In this document: positions 25,571 through 32,794 of the stretch, piece by piece | How positions within the stretch are numbered: position 1 is the stretch's first letter | Layout: each line of letters begins with the position of its first letter | From: an uncultured Candidatus Saccharibacteria bacterium | GTDB taxonomy: Bacteria > Patescibacteriota > Minisyncoccia > Phycocordibacterales > SBAW01 | Direction of reading: 5' to 3' | DNA length: 33,668 nucleotides | NCBI GenBank assembly: GCA_964367315.1 | Contig: CAYIWV010000001.1 | Coordinates: 1 to 33,668 of the forward strand | Program-made: the position numbers and the translations under genes | The notes under the pieces: model-generated | Databases searched by the model: none | What the model saw: only the letters and a program-made list of their open reading frames with translations | Told to the model about the DNA's origin: nothing

Positions 25571-25662
25571 CCAAGTCAGAGTTTTTGGCACTATTCTCAC
25601 CATAAGCCTTGGGTTATAATGGCGGCCCTCACAAAGAGTCGAGTGTTACAATTACTACCGAA

Positions 25663-26808
25663 ATGGAACAGTCAAATAAAGGGCTTATCCTAAACCCCGA
25701 GGTCTTAAAATGGGCGAGGGAGACCGCTGGGGAGTCTCTTGACTCCACCGCGAATAGGCTCAACACCACTAAAAATGTGGTGGAGGAGTGGGAGCAAAAA
25801 GGTATGCCCCTCTCCTTTGCACGCTTACACGCGTTGGCTGATTTTTATAAGCGCTCGGTCGCGGCGCTAATGTTGCCCGCCATCCCTTTGGAACCCTCAT
25901 TTCCTACAGATTTTAGGAGAGCGAGAGGACAATCAAAGACTTCAAAAAAGACTCGCTTGGCAATACGTCGAGCATGTCGTTTGCAAAATCTTGCGGCAAA
26001 TTTAGCACAGGAATTGGGCGGCGATATTACGCTCAAGCTCTTTCGTATTTCAAACATTAACAACCCTGCGGCGTCGGCACAAAAGCTGAGGGAAGTCCTT
26101 GGTATTACCATCGAAGACCAAAGTGGTTGGGAAAATGAACGAGCGGCCCTAAAGCAATGGATAAGCGCTTTAGAGAAGGCGGGTGTCAGCGTCTTCCAAA
26201 TGAGCATCCCTAAAGCAGAAGCGCGAGGCATCGCTTTGTCTGGCAATGGAGATAAAAAGTCTGCAATTGTACTTACCACTCAAGATTCAGTGAGGGGCCG
26301 CATATTTACTTTGTTCCACGAGGTGGGCCACTTGTTGTTGGGAGAGTCAGGCATTTGTAATCTAAAGAATCTCAATAGTCGCGTACGAAGTGAAAATGAA
26401 TATGAGATATTCTGTGATGAATTTGCGGGCAATTTTCTTCTTCCCGTTGGTACTCTTAACAGTGATGGACTCTTTACCACTTTTTTGGACGGACTCGGCC
26501 TCTCAATTCTTCGCAGAATTTCTCTCAAATATAAAGTCAGCCAAGAGATGGTGCTCGTACGCTTGTACCGCACTCAGAAGCTCTCTTATACCGTTTTTAG
26601 AGAGCTCTTGAAATTGGCTCAAGAAAAGAGAAAGCCTACGTCTGACGGCTTTCAGTTACCTCACCAAAAGTGTATAGGGGAAGTTGGTCGTCCTCTCATC
26701 TCTCAAACCTTTGACGCCATGAAAAAGGGCAAATTAAATGTTGCTGATGCGGTCTCATACCTTGGATTGAGCAGAAAACATTTCAAACGCTTACATGGGC
26801 TTATTTGA
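25663..26808 (+). CDS. XRE-type HTH plus ImmA/IrrE-family metallopeptidase fusion protein
   Basis: N-terminal HTH-like region (LKWARETAGESLDSTANRLNTTKNVVEEWE), HEXXH motif FHEVGHLLL, and a conserved E..CDEFAGNFLLP segment. ATG chosen at 25663. Confidence 0.85.
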   Translation: MEQSNKGLILNPEVLKWARETAGESLDSTANRLNTTKNVVEEWEQKGMPLSFARLHALADFYKRSVAALMLPAIPLEPSFPTDFRRARGQSKTSKKTRLAIRRACRLQNLAANLAQELGGDITLKLFRISNINNPAASAQKLREVLGITIEDQSGWENERAALKQWISALEKAGVSVFQMSIPKAEARGIALSGNGDKKSAIVLTTQDSVRGRIFTLFHEVGHLLLGESGICNLKNLNSRVRSENEYEIFCDEFAGNFLLPVGTLNSDGLFTTFLDGLGLSILRRISLKYKVSQEMVLVRLYRTQKLSYTVFRELLKLAQEKRKPTSDGFQLPHQKCIGEVGRPLISQTFDAMKKGKLNVADAVSYLGLSRKHFKRLHGLI

Positions 26809-26813
26809 AAAGT

Positions 26814-27302
26814 ATGAGGACACTCTTTACTCCCGAACGGATTTACTGCTTCGACTCCTCAGTATTAATGCAAATAGCGGAAGACTATCCGCCTGACATT
26901 TTTCCTACGTTATGGTCACAGCTGGAGGAACTCATAAAGAAGGGGGTGGTGCATTCGGTACACGAGGTGTTGGCGGAGATAGAGGCAGGTAACGATGACC
27001 TTTGTGACTGGGCAAAAAGAAACAGCGGACTATTTATATCGCTCGAACTTCATCACCAACAACGCGCACAAGAAATTGTCGTCGCGCATCCCACGCTTGT
27101 GGATGCCAGTAGGCAAACACCCCAAGCAGACCCGTTTATAATCGCGCACAGCCTAATTGATGGTTGCGTGGTTGTCACCAAGGAGAACGCGGCGCAACCT
27201 AATCAAAAAAGAAAAAAGATACCTGATGTCTGCGCTAAGGAAGGTGCGGAATACATCAACGACCTCAATACGCTCTTTCGTGAGTTTCACTGGTCTTTTT
27301 AA
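26814..27302 (+). CDS. DUF4411-family protein (predicted PIN-like nuclease)
   Basis: YCFDSSVLMQI...YPPDIFPTLWSQLEELI...ADPFIIAHS...VVTKE...KIPDVC are hallmark DUF4411 motifs. An alternative TTG start at 26805 overlaps the upstream stop. Confidence 0.85.
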   Translation: MRTLFTPERIYCFDSSVLMQIAEDYPPDIFPTLWSQLEELIKKGVVHSVHEVLAEIEAGNDDLCDWAKRNSGLFISLELHHQQRAQEIVVAHPTLVDASRQTPQADPFIIAHSLIDGCVVVTKENAAQPNQKRKKIPDVCAKEGAEYINDLNTLFREFHWSF

Positions 27303-27435
27303 GCCTATGGCCTATAATTGGGCCAGCCGATTGAGTTCATCTCCGACTATCTCCAAGGGAGCTCCTGGTGTTTATCCCGCTTCTTAAGGACTTGGCGGGT
27401 CGACGCCAATAGTATCAGTCAATCAGCATTGCCCA

Positions 27436-27540
27436 ATGAAAAAGCATGTTGTTCATCGCTCCAGCAAGACTGGTCGCTTCGTGACGAAGAAGTTCGCCAA
27501 AAAGCACAAGTCGATTACTGAGCGAGAAATAGTGCCGTAA
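27436..27540 (+). CDS. 34-aa basic small protein (MKKHVVHRSSKTGRFVTKKFAKKHKSITEREIVP), below the ORF-track cutoff
   Basis: Resembles, from memory, a recurrent small-protein family with a TGRFVT..YAKKHP.TT motif. No obvious ribosome-binding site. Confidence 0.35.
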   Translation: MKKHVVHRSSKTGRFVTKKFAKKHKSITEREIVP

Positions 27541-27605
27541 GGCACACGGCTATCCCTTCGGGGGTAGTCGAATATGACCTCAATCTTCTATTTTTAACCC
27601 TACCT

Positions 27606-27641
27606 AGAAAAGAGAAACCCCGCACCAAGTCGAGCGCGGGG
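27606..27641 (-). terminator. hairpin plus T-rich tract downstream of the 27681..28208 gene
   Basis: CCCCGC / GCGGGG stem, then TTTCTCTTTTCT on the minus strand. Confidence 0.4.
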
Positions 27642-27680
27642 CTCTCTCGAGACGGGGTCTGGGGTCAATTTGGCGGTGGG

Positions 27681-28208
27681 CTACTGAAGGAATGATTCCT
27701 CCTTCTTGCGATCGTCGCTCTGCAACCACGCTTCGTGTGCGAGCCCAACCATTATGTCGGCGACCATGCCCGAAATCATCTTGTCGAAGTAGGGCTGGTA
27801 GCCAGAGCAGGTCACCACAAGGCCGCGCCGCTTGACGCCACCCCAGTACGGAGTGTCGCCGGGGAACAGTAGATGCGGGATACAATCCGTACGATCGTCG
27901 TTACGGTCGTGCCAGAGCTGGAGCGCTTTGCACCGGGCGATATCGTCGAAGGGATACGCCCACTTCTTCTTTTCACCGCGGCTGTGTTCCTCGAGTGTTA
28001 CCGGATGCAGTTGATAATCCGGCCAAGAAGGATAAGAAGGTCGGTCATCCTTCATCCCCGGCACAAGGACGACGATATGATGGTTTTCGCCGTCGAGACG
28101 AAAGATGCGCGGCACTGACGTGACAGCGAGCACTGTCGCATGTATCGCTTGTTGAGCAATTGCCAGGGTGAGGAATTTTGGTGTAACTAACGGCAGTATG
28201 TGGGGCAC
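27681..28208 (-). CDS. hypothetical protein, possibly GlcG/HbpS-like (DUF336) fold
   Basis: GTG start 5 nt after a perfect AAGGAGG. Loose resemblance to DUF336 (IARCKA..., GGV...G.VV.CSG). Family assignment is tentative. Confidence 0.5.
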   Translation of the reverse strand: MPHILPLVTPKFLTLAIAQQAIHATVLAVTSVPRIFRLDGENHHIVVLVPGMKDDRPSYPSWPDYQLHPVTLEEHSRGEKKKWAYPFDDIARCKALQLWHDRNDDRTDCIPHLLFPGDTPYWGGVKRRGLVVTCSGYQPYFDKMISGMVADIMVGLAHEAWLQSDDRKKEESFLQ

Positions 28209-28334
28209 GATAGCCTCCTTCCAGTTGGCGTTGAAGAACTTACTTACTCTGAAATATATATCGAGACCATATACACGTCAAGCAGTCAAGGAACTGTGAT
28301 TCGCCCCGGTCACCGTTATTAGTAGCGCAACGCA

Positions 28335-29648
28335 TTACCGCCGTTTCCACTCCGCGTCTTGGCGGACCAGGAGTTCGCGGGCGCGCTCGGGCTCAAGCAT
28401 CAGCTCCTCCACCACGCGCTCCATGCGCATCGATTGGGAGCCTTTGACCAAGACCACGTCGCCCTCCCCTACCCAATTTTTAAGGTCGGCCCCCGCCTTG
28501 CGCGCGTCCTCGTACTGAAATATTTTTTCATCCCTCAGGCGGTTGTCGAGCGCGCCCTGCGCGATATCGCGGGCGCGAAAGCCGATGGTCACCAGCAAGT
28601 CGCATACCTTGGCCGCCTGCGCACCCGCCTTGCGGTGCGCGTCGACCGAGTGGCGCCCAAGCTCGAGCATATCGCCAAGTACTACGATGGCGCGCTTGGG
28701 GTTTATCAGCGTGAGCGTCTCGAGCGCGGCCTCTACCGCCGCGGGCGAGGAGTTGTACGTGTCGTCGATGATGAGTGAGCCTTTAAGCCCGGGCAAAAGA
28801 CGCATGCGCCCCGGCGGCGGCTCATAGCCCGCGAGCCCCTCGAGTATCGTTTGCAACGGGAGCCCCAGCGTATGCCCCACCGCCGCGGCGGCGACACCCG
28901 ATAAAAACGAGTGCGTGCCGACCGTGCCGGCTATTTCGACGGGGGCGGATTCTCCCTCGACAGTGATGGTCGCGCGCATGCCAACCGGCATCCCTTTTTT
29001 GCGGCCCACAGGTTGCGCTCGCACGAGTGCAAAGTCGCTCGCGCGCACGTCGGCGTCGGCATTAAAGCCAAACAACAGCACCCGCGCGTCGGGGAACGGC
29101 TCGTGCCGCTCGAGCGCGCGGGTATGCGGGTCGTCGGCATACAAAAGCAGCGTCCCACCCGGTCGGATACACTCGATAAGCGCGGCTTTTTCCTCCACCA
29201 CGGCCTCGGGCGAGTCAAAAAACTCGACATGTACCGGCGTCTCGGGCAGCCGAGTAATGACCGCAATATCTACCTTAAGCCAGTTTACGAGCGAACGGAT
29301 GTCGCCTGGGCGGTCGGCCCCGATTTCGAGCACCAACCACTCGGGGTAGGTACCGCGCATAACGATGAGCAGCAGCCCATCAAAAATATTCTGCATCCAC
29401 CGCAGGGGGTTGCCCCACGCATTTTGGAGCCCGAGGATAGTGAGCGGCAAGCCTATTTCGGAGTTGTAGCTTTTCTCCGACTTGCGCACGTGGGTTGTCT
29501 TGGCAAGCACCGAGAAAATCGCGTCTTTGGTCGACGTCTTGCCGACACTGCCGGTGATGGCGACGATCTTTGGCTTGTATGTGCGCAGCACCACCCGCGC
29601 CTCTAAGGTCAGTATGGTGATTACTATTTTTTTTAAAAATTCTTTCAT
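28335..29648 (-). CDS. murF: UDP-N-acetylmuramoyl-tripeptide--D-alanyl-D-alanine ligase
   Basis: GSVGKTSTKD P-loop and Mur ligase middle and C-terminal motifs. dcw context. Confidence 0.93.
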   Translation of the reverse strand: MKEFLKKIVITILTLEARVVLRTYKPKIVAITGSVGKTSTKDAIFSVLAKTTHVRKSEKSYNSEIGLPLTILGLQNAWGNPLRWMQNIFDGLLLIVMRGTYPEWLVLEIGADRPGDIRSLVNWLKVDIAVITRLPETPVHVEFFDSPEAVVEEKAALIECIRPGGTLLLYADDPHTRALERHEPFPDARVLLFGFNADADVRASDFALVRAQPVGRKKGMPVGMRATITVEGESAPVEIAGTVGTHSFLSGVAAAAVGHTLGLPLQTILEGLAGYEPPPGRMRLLPGLKGSLIIDDTYNSSPAAVEAALETLTLINPKRAIVVLGDMLELGRHSVDAHRKAGAQAAKVCDLLVTIGFRARDIAQGALDNRLRDEKIFQYEDARKAGADLKNWVGEGDVVLVKGSQSMRMERVVEELMLEPERARELLVRQDAEWKRR

Positions 29649-29905
29649 CCCGTTAGAGATAGGAAACGTTTTAATCGGTTGTTTAAATATCGCTTGCCCA
29701 TTCCTGATTTTAAATATTTCTCTCGAGCCCGAGCATCATCTTCATTTTTGCACGCCTCGTAGTATATCAGTTCGTAAGGGCCGCGTGATTTTGTCCATGT
29801 ACTTTTACCGGTTTGATGCTCGTTGAAACGTTTCCGAAGATCTTTGGTTGAACCGGTGTACCAATAATTATTTTTTTGACTTTTTATAACGTAGACATAC
29901 CACAT
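29645..29905 (-). CDS. small GIY-YIG (URI-domain, YhbQ/COG2827-like) nuclease family protein
   Basis: WYVYVIKS...YWYTGSTKDLRKRFNEH...E..AR.REKYLK is the GIY-YIG core. ATG at 29905. Its TGA stop overlaps the murF ATG (ATGA). The longer track ORF overlaps ftsI and was trimmed. Confidence 0.85.
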   Translation of the reverse strand: MWYVYVIKSQKNNYWYTGSTKDLRKRFNEHQTGKSTWTKSRGPYELIYYEACKNEDDARAREKYLKSGMGKRYLNNRLKRFLSLTG

Positions 29906-29925
29906 ACTTATATCTCTAACGGGAT
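29647..29925 (-). mobile_element. candidate miniature GIY-YIG cassette bounded by 15-bp perfect inverted repeats (or 13-bp TIRs plus a 2-bp AT duplication)
   Basis: ATCCCGTTAGAGATA at 29647-29661 is the exact reverse complement of TATCTCTAACGGGAT at 29911-29925. The interior is markedly AT-rich relative to the flanking ftsI and murF. Confidence 0.4.
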
Positions 29926-31470
29926 TTATCGATCCGGCGGGATGTTGTAATAGTTGAGGAGGAATTCGGTAAACGTATGGAAGGGTCCGGCCCATGTCTG
30001 CGAGGCGAACGGGGCGCCCACCGGCTCCTGCGCGTACAAAAACACGACGAACTTCGGATCGAAGCTGGGGAAGTACCCGAAAAAGCTGTGCAAATACCTG
30101 TCCGTATAGTAGCCGCCGCCGTTTGGGTTCGCAACCTGGGCGGTACCCGTCTTTGCCGCCACCGAGTGCCGCTCTATTTTTATCTTACCGTCGGCGAGCG
30201 CCTTGTCGACCACCTCGGTCAGCATGCGGCTTATCGCGGTCGAGGTCTCCCCTTTTAATATCCGTACCGGCTCGCCCCAGCCGAGCTCCCGCTCGAACCC
30301 CCGCTCGTCGCGCACCGCGCGCACCAGGTGCGGGGTTACCAGGTACCCGCCGTTGCCGATGCTTGCGAGCGCGCGTGTCATCTGCACCGGCGTTATCGCG
30401 ATACCCTGGCCGAACGATGCCGTGTTGTGCTCCACTCGCCGCGAGCTCTTGAGGTTGTCAGTGAGCCCGCGCAGCTCTCCTGGCAAGTCCACCCCCGTCT
30501 CCTCGCCGAATTTATAGCGATCCAAAAAGTACTCGCGCATGGTGTCGGGCCCCATTTTGGTCGCGACAAAGGACGCGCCCAAGTTGAGCGACTCGCTTAA
30601 GACCTGCTGCATCGTAGTGCCGGGCCCCCGCGCCCTAAGGTCATGGTTGCATATTTTCTTCTCGTCCATCTCGATGCACCCCGTGTCGTTGTAGGTCGAG
30701 CTCTCGGTTATCGCGCCCGAGTCGAGCCCCGCGGCGAGCGTCAACGGTTTCATGATAGAGCCCATCTCATAGACGCTCTCGGCCATCGGGTTGCCGAAAA
30801 TCAGCGGGTCTTCCTGCATATTAAACTCGTTGAGGTCAAACGTGGGGTATACCGCCATGGCGAGTATCTCACCGGTCATCGGGTCCATGACGACCCCGCC
30901 GGCAAGGCGCGGCGACCAGTGCGCACCGTACTCGGCCAAGGTGCGCTCGAGCTCCGCCTGCACGGTCGGCTCTATTGTGGTAATAATATCGCCGTAGGAG
31001 GGTGTGCCGGAGAGCGCCGATTGTAACCCGCCGAAGAGCTCGACGAAAAAGTTTTTATACAAATTCTCCCCCGGGCGCGCGAGCGTGTGCTCGTAGTAGC
31101 GCTCGAGGCCGTACCGGCCTTTTTGCTCGTCATCGTTGTTATACGCGACAAAGCCGAGCGTCTGCGCCGCCAGAGAGCGGCCCGGGTAGTAGCGCTGATG
31201 CCCTTTTGAGTCCTCCCCGAGCGGCCGCAGGGTCGCCGCGACGACCCGCTCGCCCGCTTTGTCGGTAAAGTAGATGCCCCCGCGGTTAAGCAAGGGGTCC
31301 TTGGTAACGACAAGCTGCGCGTCGGCTTTGCGCGCGTACTCTTCGCCGTGGACGATCTGCACCACATAGAGCCTCCCCACGATGACGAGCGCGCCGAGCA
31401 CCAAAATGCCGGTTACGACCCGCACGCGGTTCGTAAAGCGCGCGGCGCTCGGCTTCGGGGGGGTCGGCAT
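29926..31470 (-). CDS. ftsI: class B penicillin-binding protein (FtsI/PBP2-type transpeptidase)
   Basis: SIMKP (SxxK), SESLN (SxN) and KTGTA motifs plus an N-terminal TM anchor. dcw context. Confidence 0.92.
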   Translation of the reverse strand: MPTPPKPSAARFTNRVRVVTGILVLGALVIVGRLYVVQIVHGEEYARKADAQLVVTKDPLLNRGGIYFTDKAGERVVAATLRPLGEDSKGHQRYYPGRSLAAQTLGFVAYNNDDEQKGRYGLERYYEHTLARPGENLYKNFFVELFGGLQSALSGTPSYGDIITTIEPTVQAELERTLAEYGAHWSPRLAGGVVMDPMTGEILAMAVYPTFDLNEFNMQEDPLIFGNPMAESVYEMGSIMKPLTLAAGLDSGAITESSTYNDTGCIEMDEKKICNHDLRARGPGTTMQQVLSESLNLGASFVATKMGPDTMREYFLDRYKFGEETGVDLPGELRGLTDNLKSSRRVEHNTASFGQGIAITPVQMTRALASIGNGGYLVTPHLVRAVRDERGFERELGWGEPVRILKGETSTAISRMLTEVVDKALADGKIKIERHSVAAKTGTAQVANPNGGGYYTDRYLHSFFGYFPSFDPKFVVFLYAQEPVGAPFASQTWAGPFHTFTEFLLNYYNIPPDR

Positions 31471-31473
31471 ACG

Positions 31474-31818
31474 CTAGCGGCTCGCGCCGCCTCGCGTCTC
31501 GCTGCGAGTCGAGCCGGGCGCGAGCGAGAGGCCCTCCCCGCCAAAGTACACGGTTACCTGCGAGCTCGGCTCGACAAACCCCATCGCGCGGGCAAGCTCC
31601 GGGGTAAGCGCCTTCGAGCGCTCGAGGTAGATTGCTTGGAGCGTGCTTACCTTGGATTCGATGGAGGATATTTCGCTCTCCACGCCGCGCAGTTTTGCCG
31701 CGTGCGACACCGCCAACAGCAGGAACGCCCCGTAGCAAAAGACCGACACCGCGCACAGTGCCGCCAAGGCCCCCGCGGTTTTGGCCGAATATTGGTTGTA
31801 AAGTGCCAGGTACTGCAT
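31474..31818 (-). CDS. ftsL: FtsL-like cell division protein
   Basis: Single TM helix followed by a short coiled coil. Conserved position between rsmH and ftsI. Confidence 0.6.
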   Translation of the reverse strand: MQYLALYNQYSAKTAGALAALCAVSVFCYGAFLLLAVSHAAKLRGVESEISSIESKVSTLQAIYLERSKALTPELARAMGFVEPSSQVTVYFGGEGLSLAPGSTRSETRGGASR

Positions 31819-31819
31819 A

Positions 31820-32791
31820 TTAGTCGCGCGCCTTTTCGATCGCGCGCAGCTTGGCGCTGCGGGATGCCGGGTTTTTTATAATTTCCTCGCGGGTCGGCGC
31901 AAGCGGTTTTTTTCGGCCCAGGGCCGATCCGCCATGGGCGGAGAATTCTCGGAACAATCTTTTGACGATCCGGTCCTCAATGGAGTGGAAGGTGATGACC
32001 ACGAGGCGCCCGCCGGGCGCCAGGATGCTCCACGCGCCGCGGATACCCTGCTCGAGCGCGCCGAGCTCGTCGTTGACCGCGATGCGCAACGCCTGGAAGG
32101 TCTTGGTCGCCGGGTGGATCCGCCGGCCGGCGGAGCCGCGACGGTACGCCGCCGGCACCGAGTCTTTCACAAGCTCGACAAGCTCGAAGGTGGTGGCAAA
32201 CGGCTGGAGCGCGCGGCGATTGACGATAGCGGCCGCGATGCGCCGCGCAAAGCGCTCTTCGCCATAGCCATAGAGCGCGTCGGCAATGGCCTTCTCGCTC
32301 CAGGTGTTAAGCACCTCGGCGGCGGTAAAGCCCGAGCGCGGTTGCCCGCCATAGCTCATATTGAGCGGCTCGTCGTGCATAAAAGAGAACCCGCGGCCGC
32401 TTGCAAGCTGCCCGCGGTTCCACCCCAGGTCGAACAGGGCTTTATTTACCTGCCTGCCGGCAGGCAGGTTTTTTTGAACAAGTTCTTTAATGTCGGCAAA
32501 GTTGCCGACAATGTCCGCTTTCGACGCCGGGTCGGCGTCTATGGTGATGAGTTTTACTTTTTGCCCCTGCCTGCCGGCAGGCAGGGCTTTTTTGATGGCG
32601 GCGCTGTGTCCGCCTGCCCCAAACGTCGCATCGACGACTACGTCGCCTTTTGCAAGGCTCAGCGCCTCGAGCACCTCTGCCGTCATGACCGGCTTGTGTT
32701 CCGATACCTGCTCGCGAACCGTATCGCCCTCCTCTCGACGGGAGCGATGCGAACCACGAACAGGTATCGAAGCAAAAGTCATCGTGTGCAT
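31820..32791 (-). CDS. rsmH: 16S rRNA (cytosine1402-N4)-methyltransferase
   Basis: HKPVM...DATFGAGGHS...FDLGWN...HPATKTFQALRIAVNDEL...ITFHSIEDRIVK...SAKLR. Confidence 0.93.
   Translation of the reverse strand: MHTMTFASIPVRGSHRSRREEGDTVREQVSEHKPVMTAEVLEALSLAKGDVVVDATFGAGGHSAAIKKALPAGRQGQKVKLITIDADPASKADIVGNFADIKELVQKNLPAGRQVNKALFDLGWNRGQLASGRGFSFMHDEPLNMSYGGQPRSGFTAAEVLNTWSEKAIADALYGYGEERFARRIAAAIVNRRALQPFATTFELVELVKDSVPAAYRRGSAGRRIHPATKTFQALRIAVNDELGALEQGIRGAWSILAPGGRLVVITFHSIEDRIVKRLFREFSAHGGSALGRKKPLAPTREEIIKNPASRSAKLRAIEKARD
32449..32468. repeat. 20-bp perfect palindrome CCTGCCTGCCGGCAGGCAGG inside the rsmH coding sequence (copy 1)
   Basis: Read directly. Encodes LPAGRQ in frame. A T-run follows on the plus strand. 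Confidence 0.85.
32566..32585. repeat. 20-bp perfect palindrome CCTGCCTGCCGGCAGGCAGG inside the rsmH coding sequence (copy 2)
   Basis: Identical to copy 1 and 117 bp away from it (39 codons). Encodes LPAGRQ in frame. A T-run follows on the plus strand. Confidence 0.85.
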
Positions 32792-32794
32792 GGT

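Noticed and set aside
25433-25573. Possible complete tRNA, tmRNA or tRNA-like gene ending in GGGGTCACCA
   Set aside because: I found no matching 5' acceptor strand (GACCCCT or GGCCCTT) and no intact T-arm or D-arm upstream. The tmRNA 5' GGGGC and resume-codon features are absent. It is better explained as att-type tRNA fragments, and is kept as a finding on that basis rather than as a gene.
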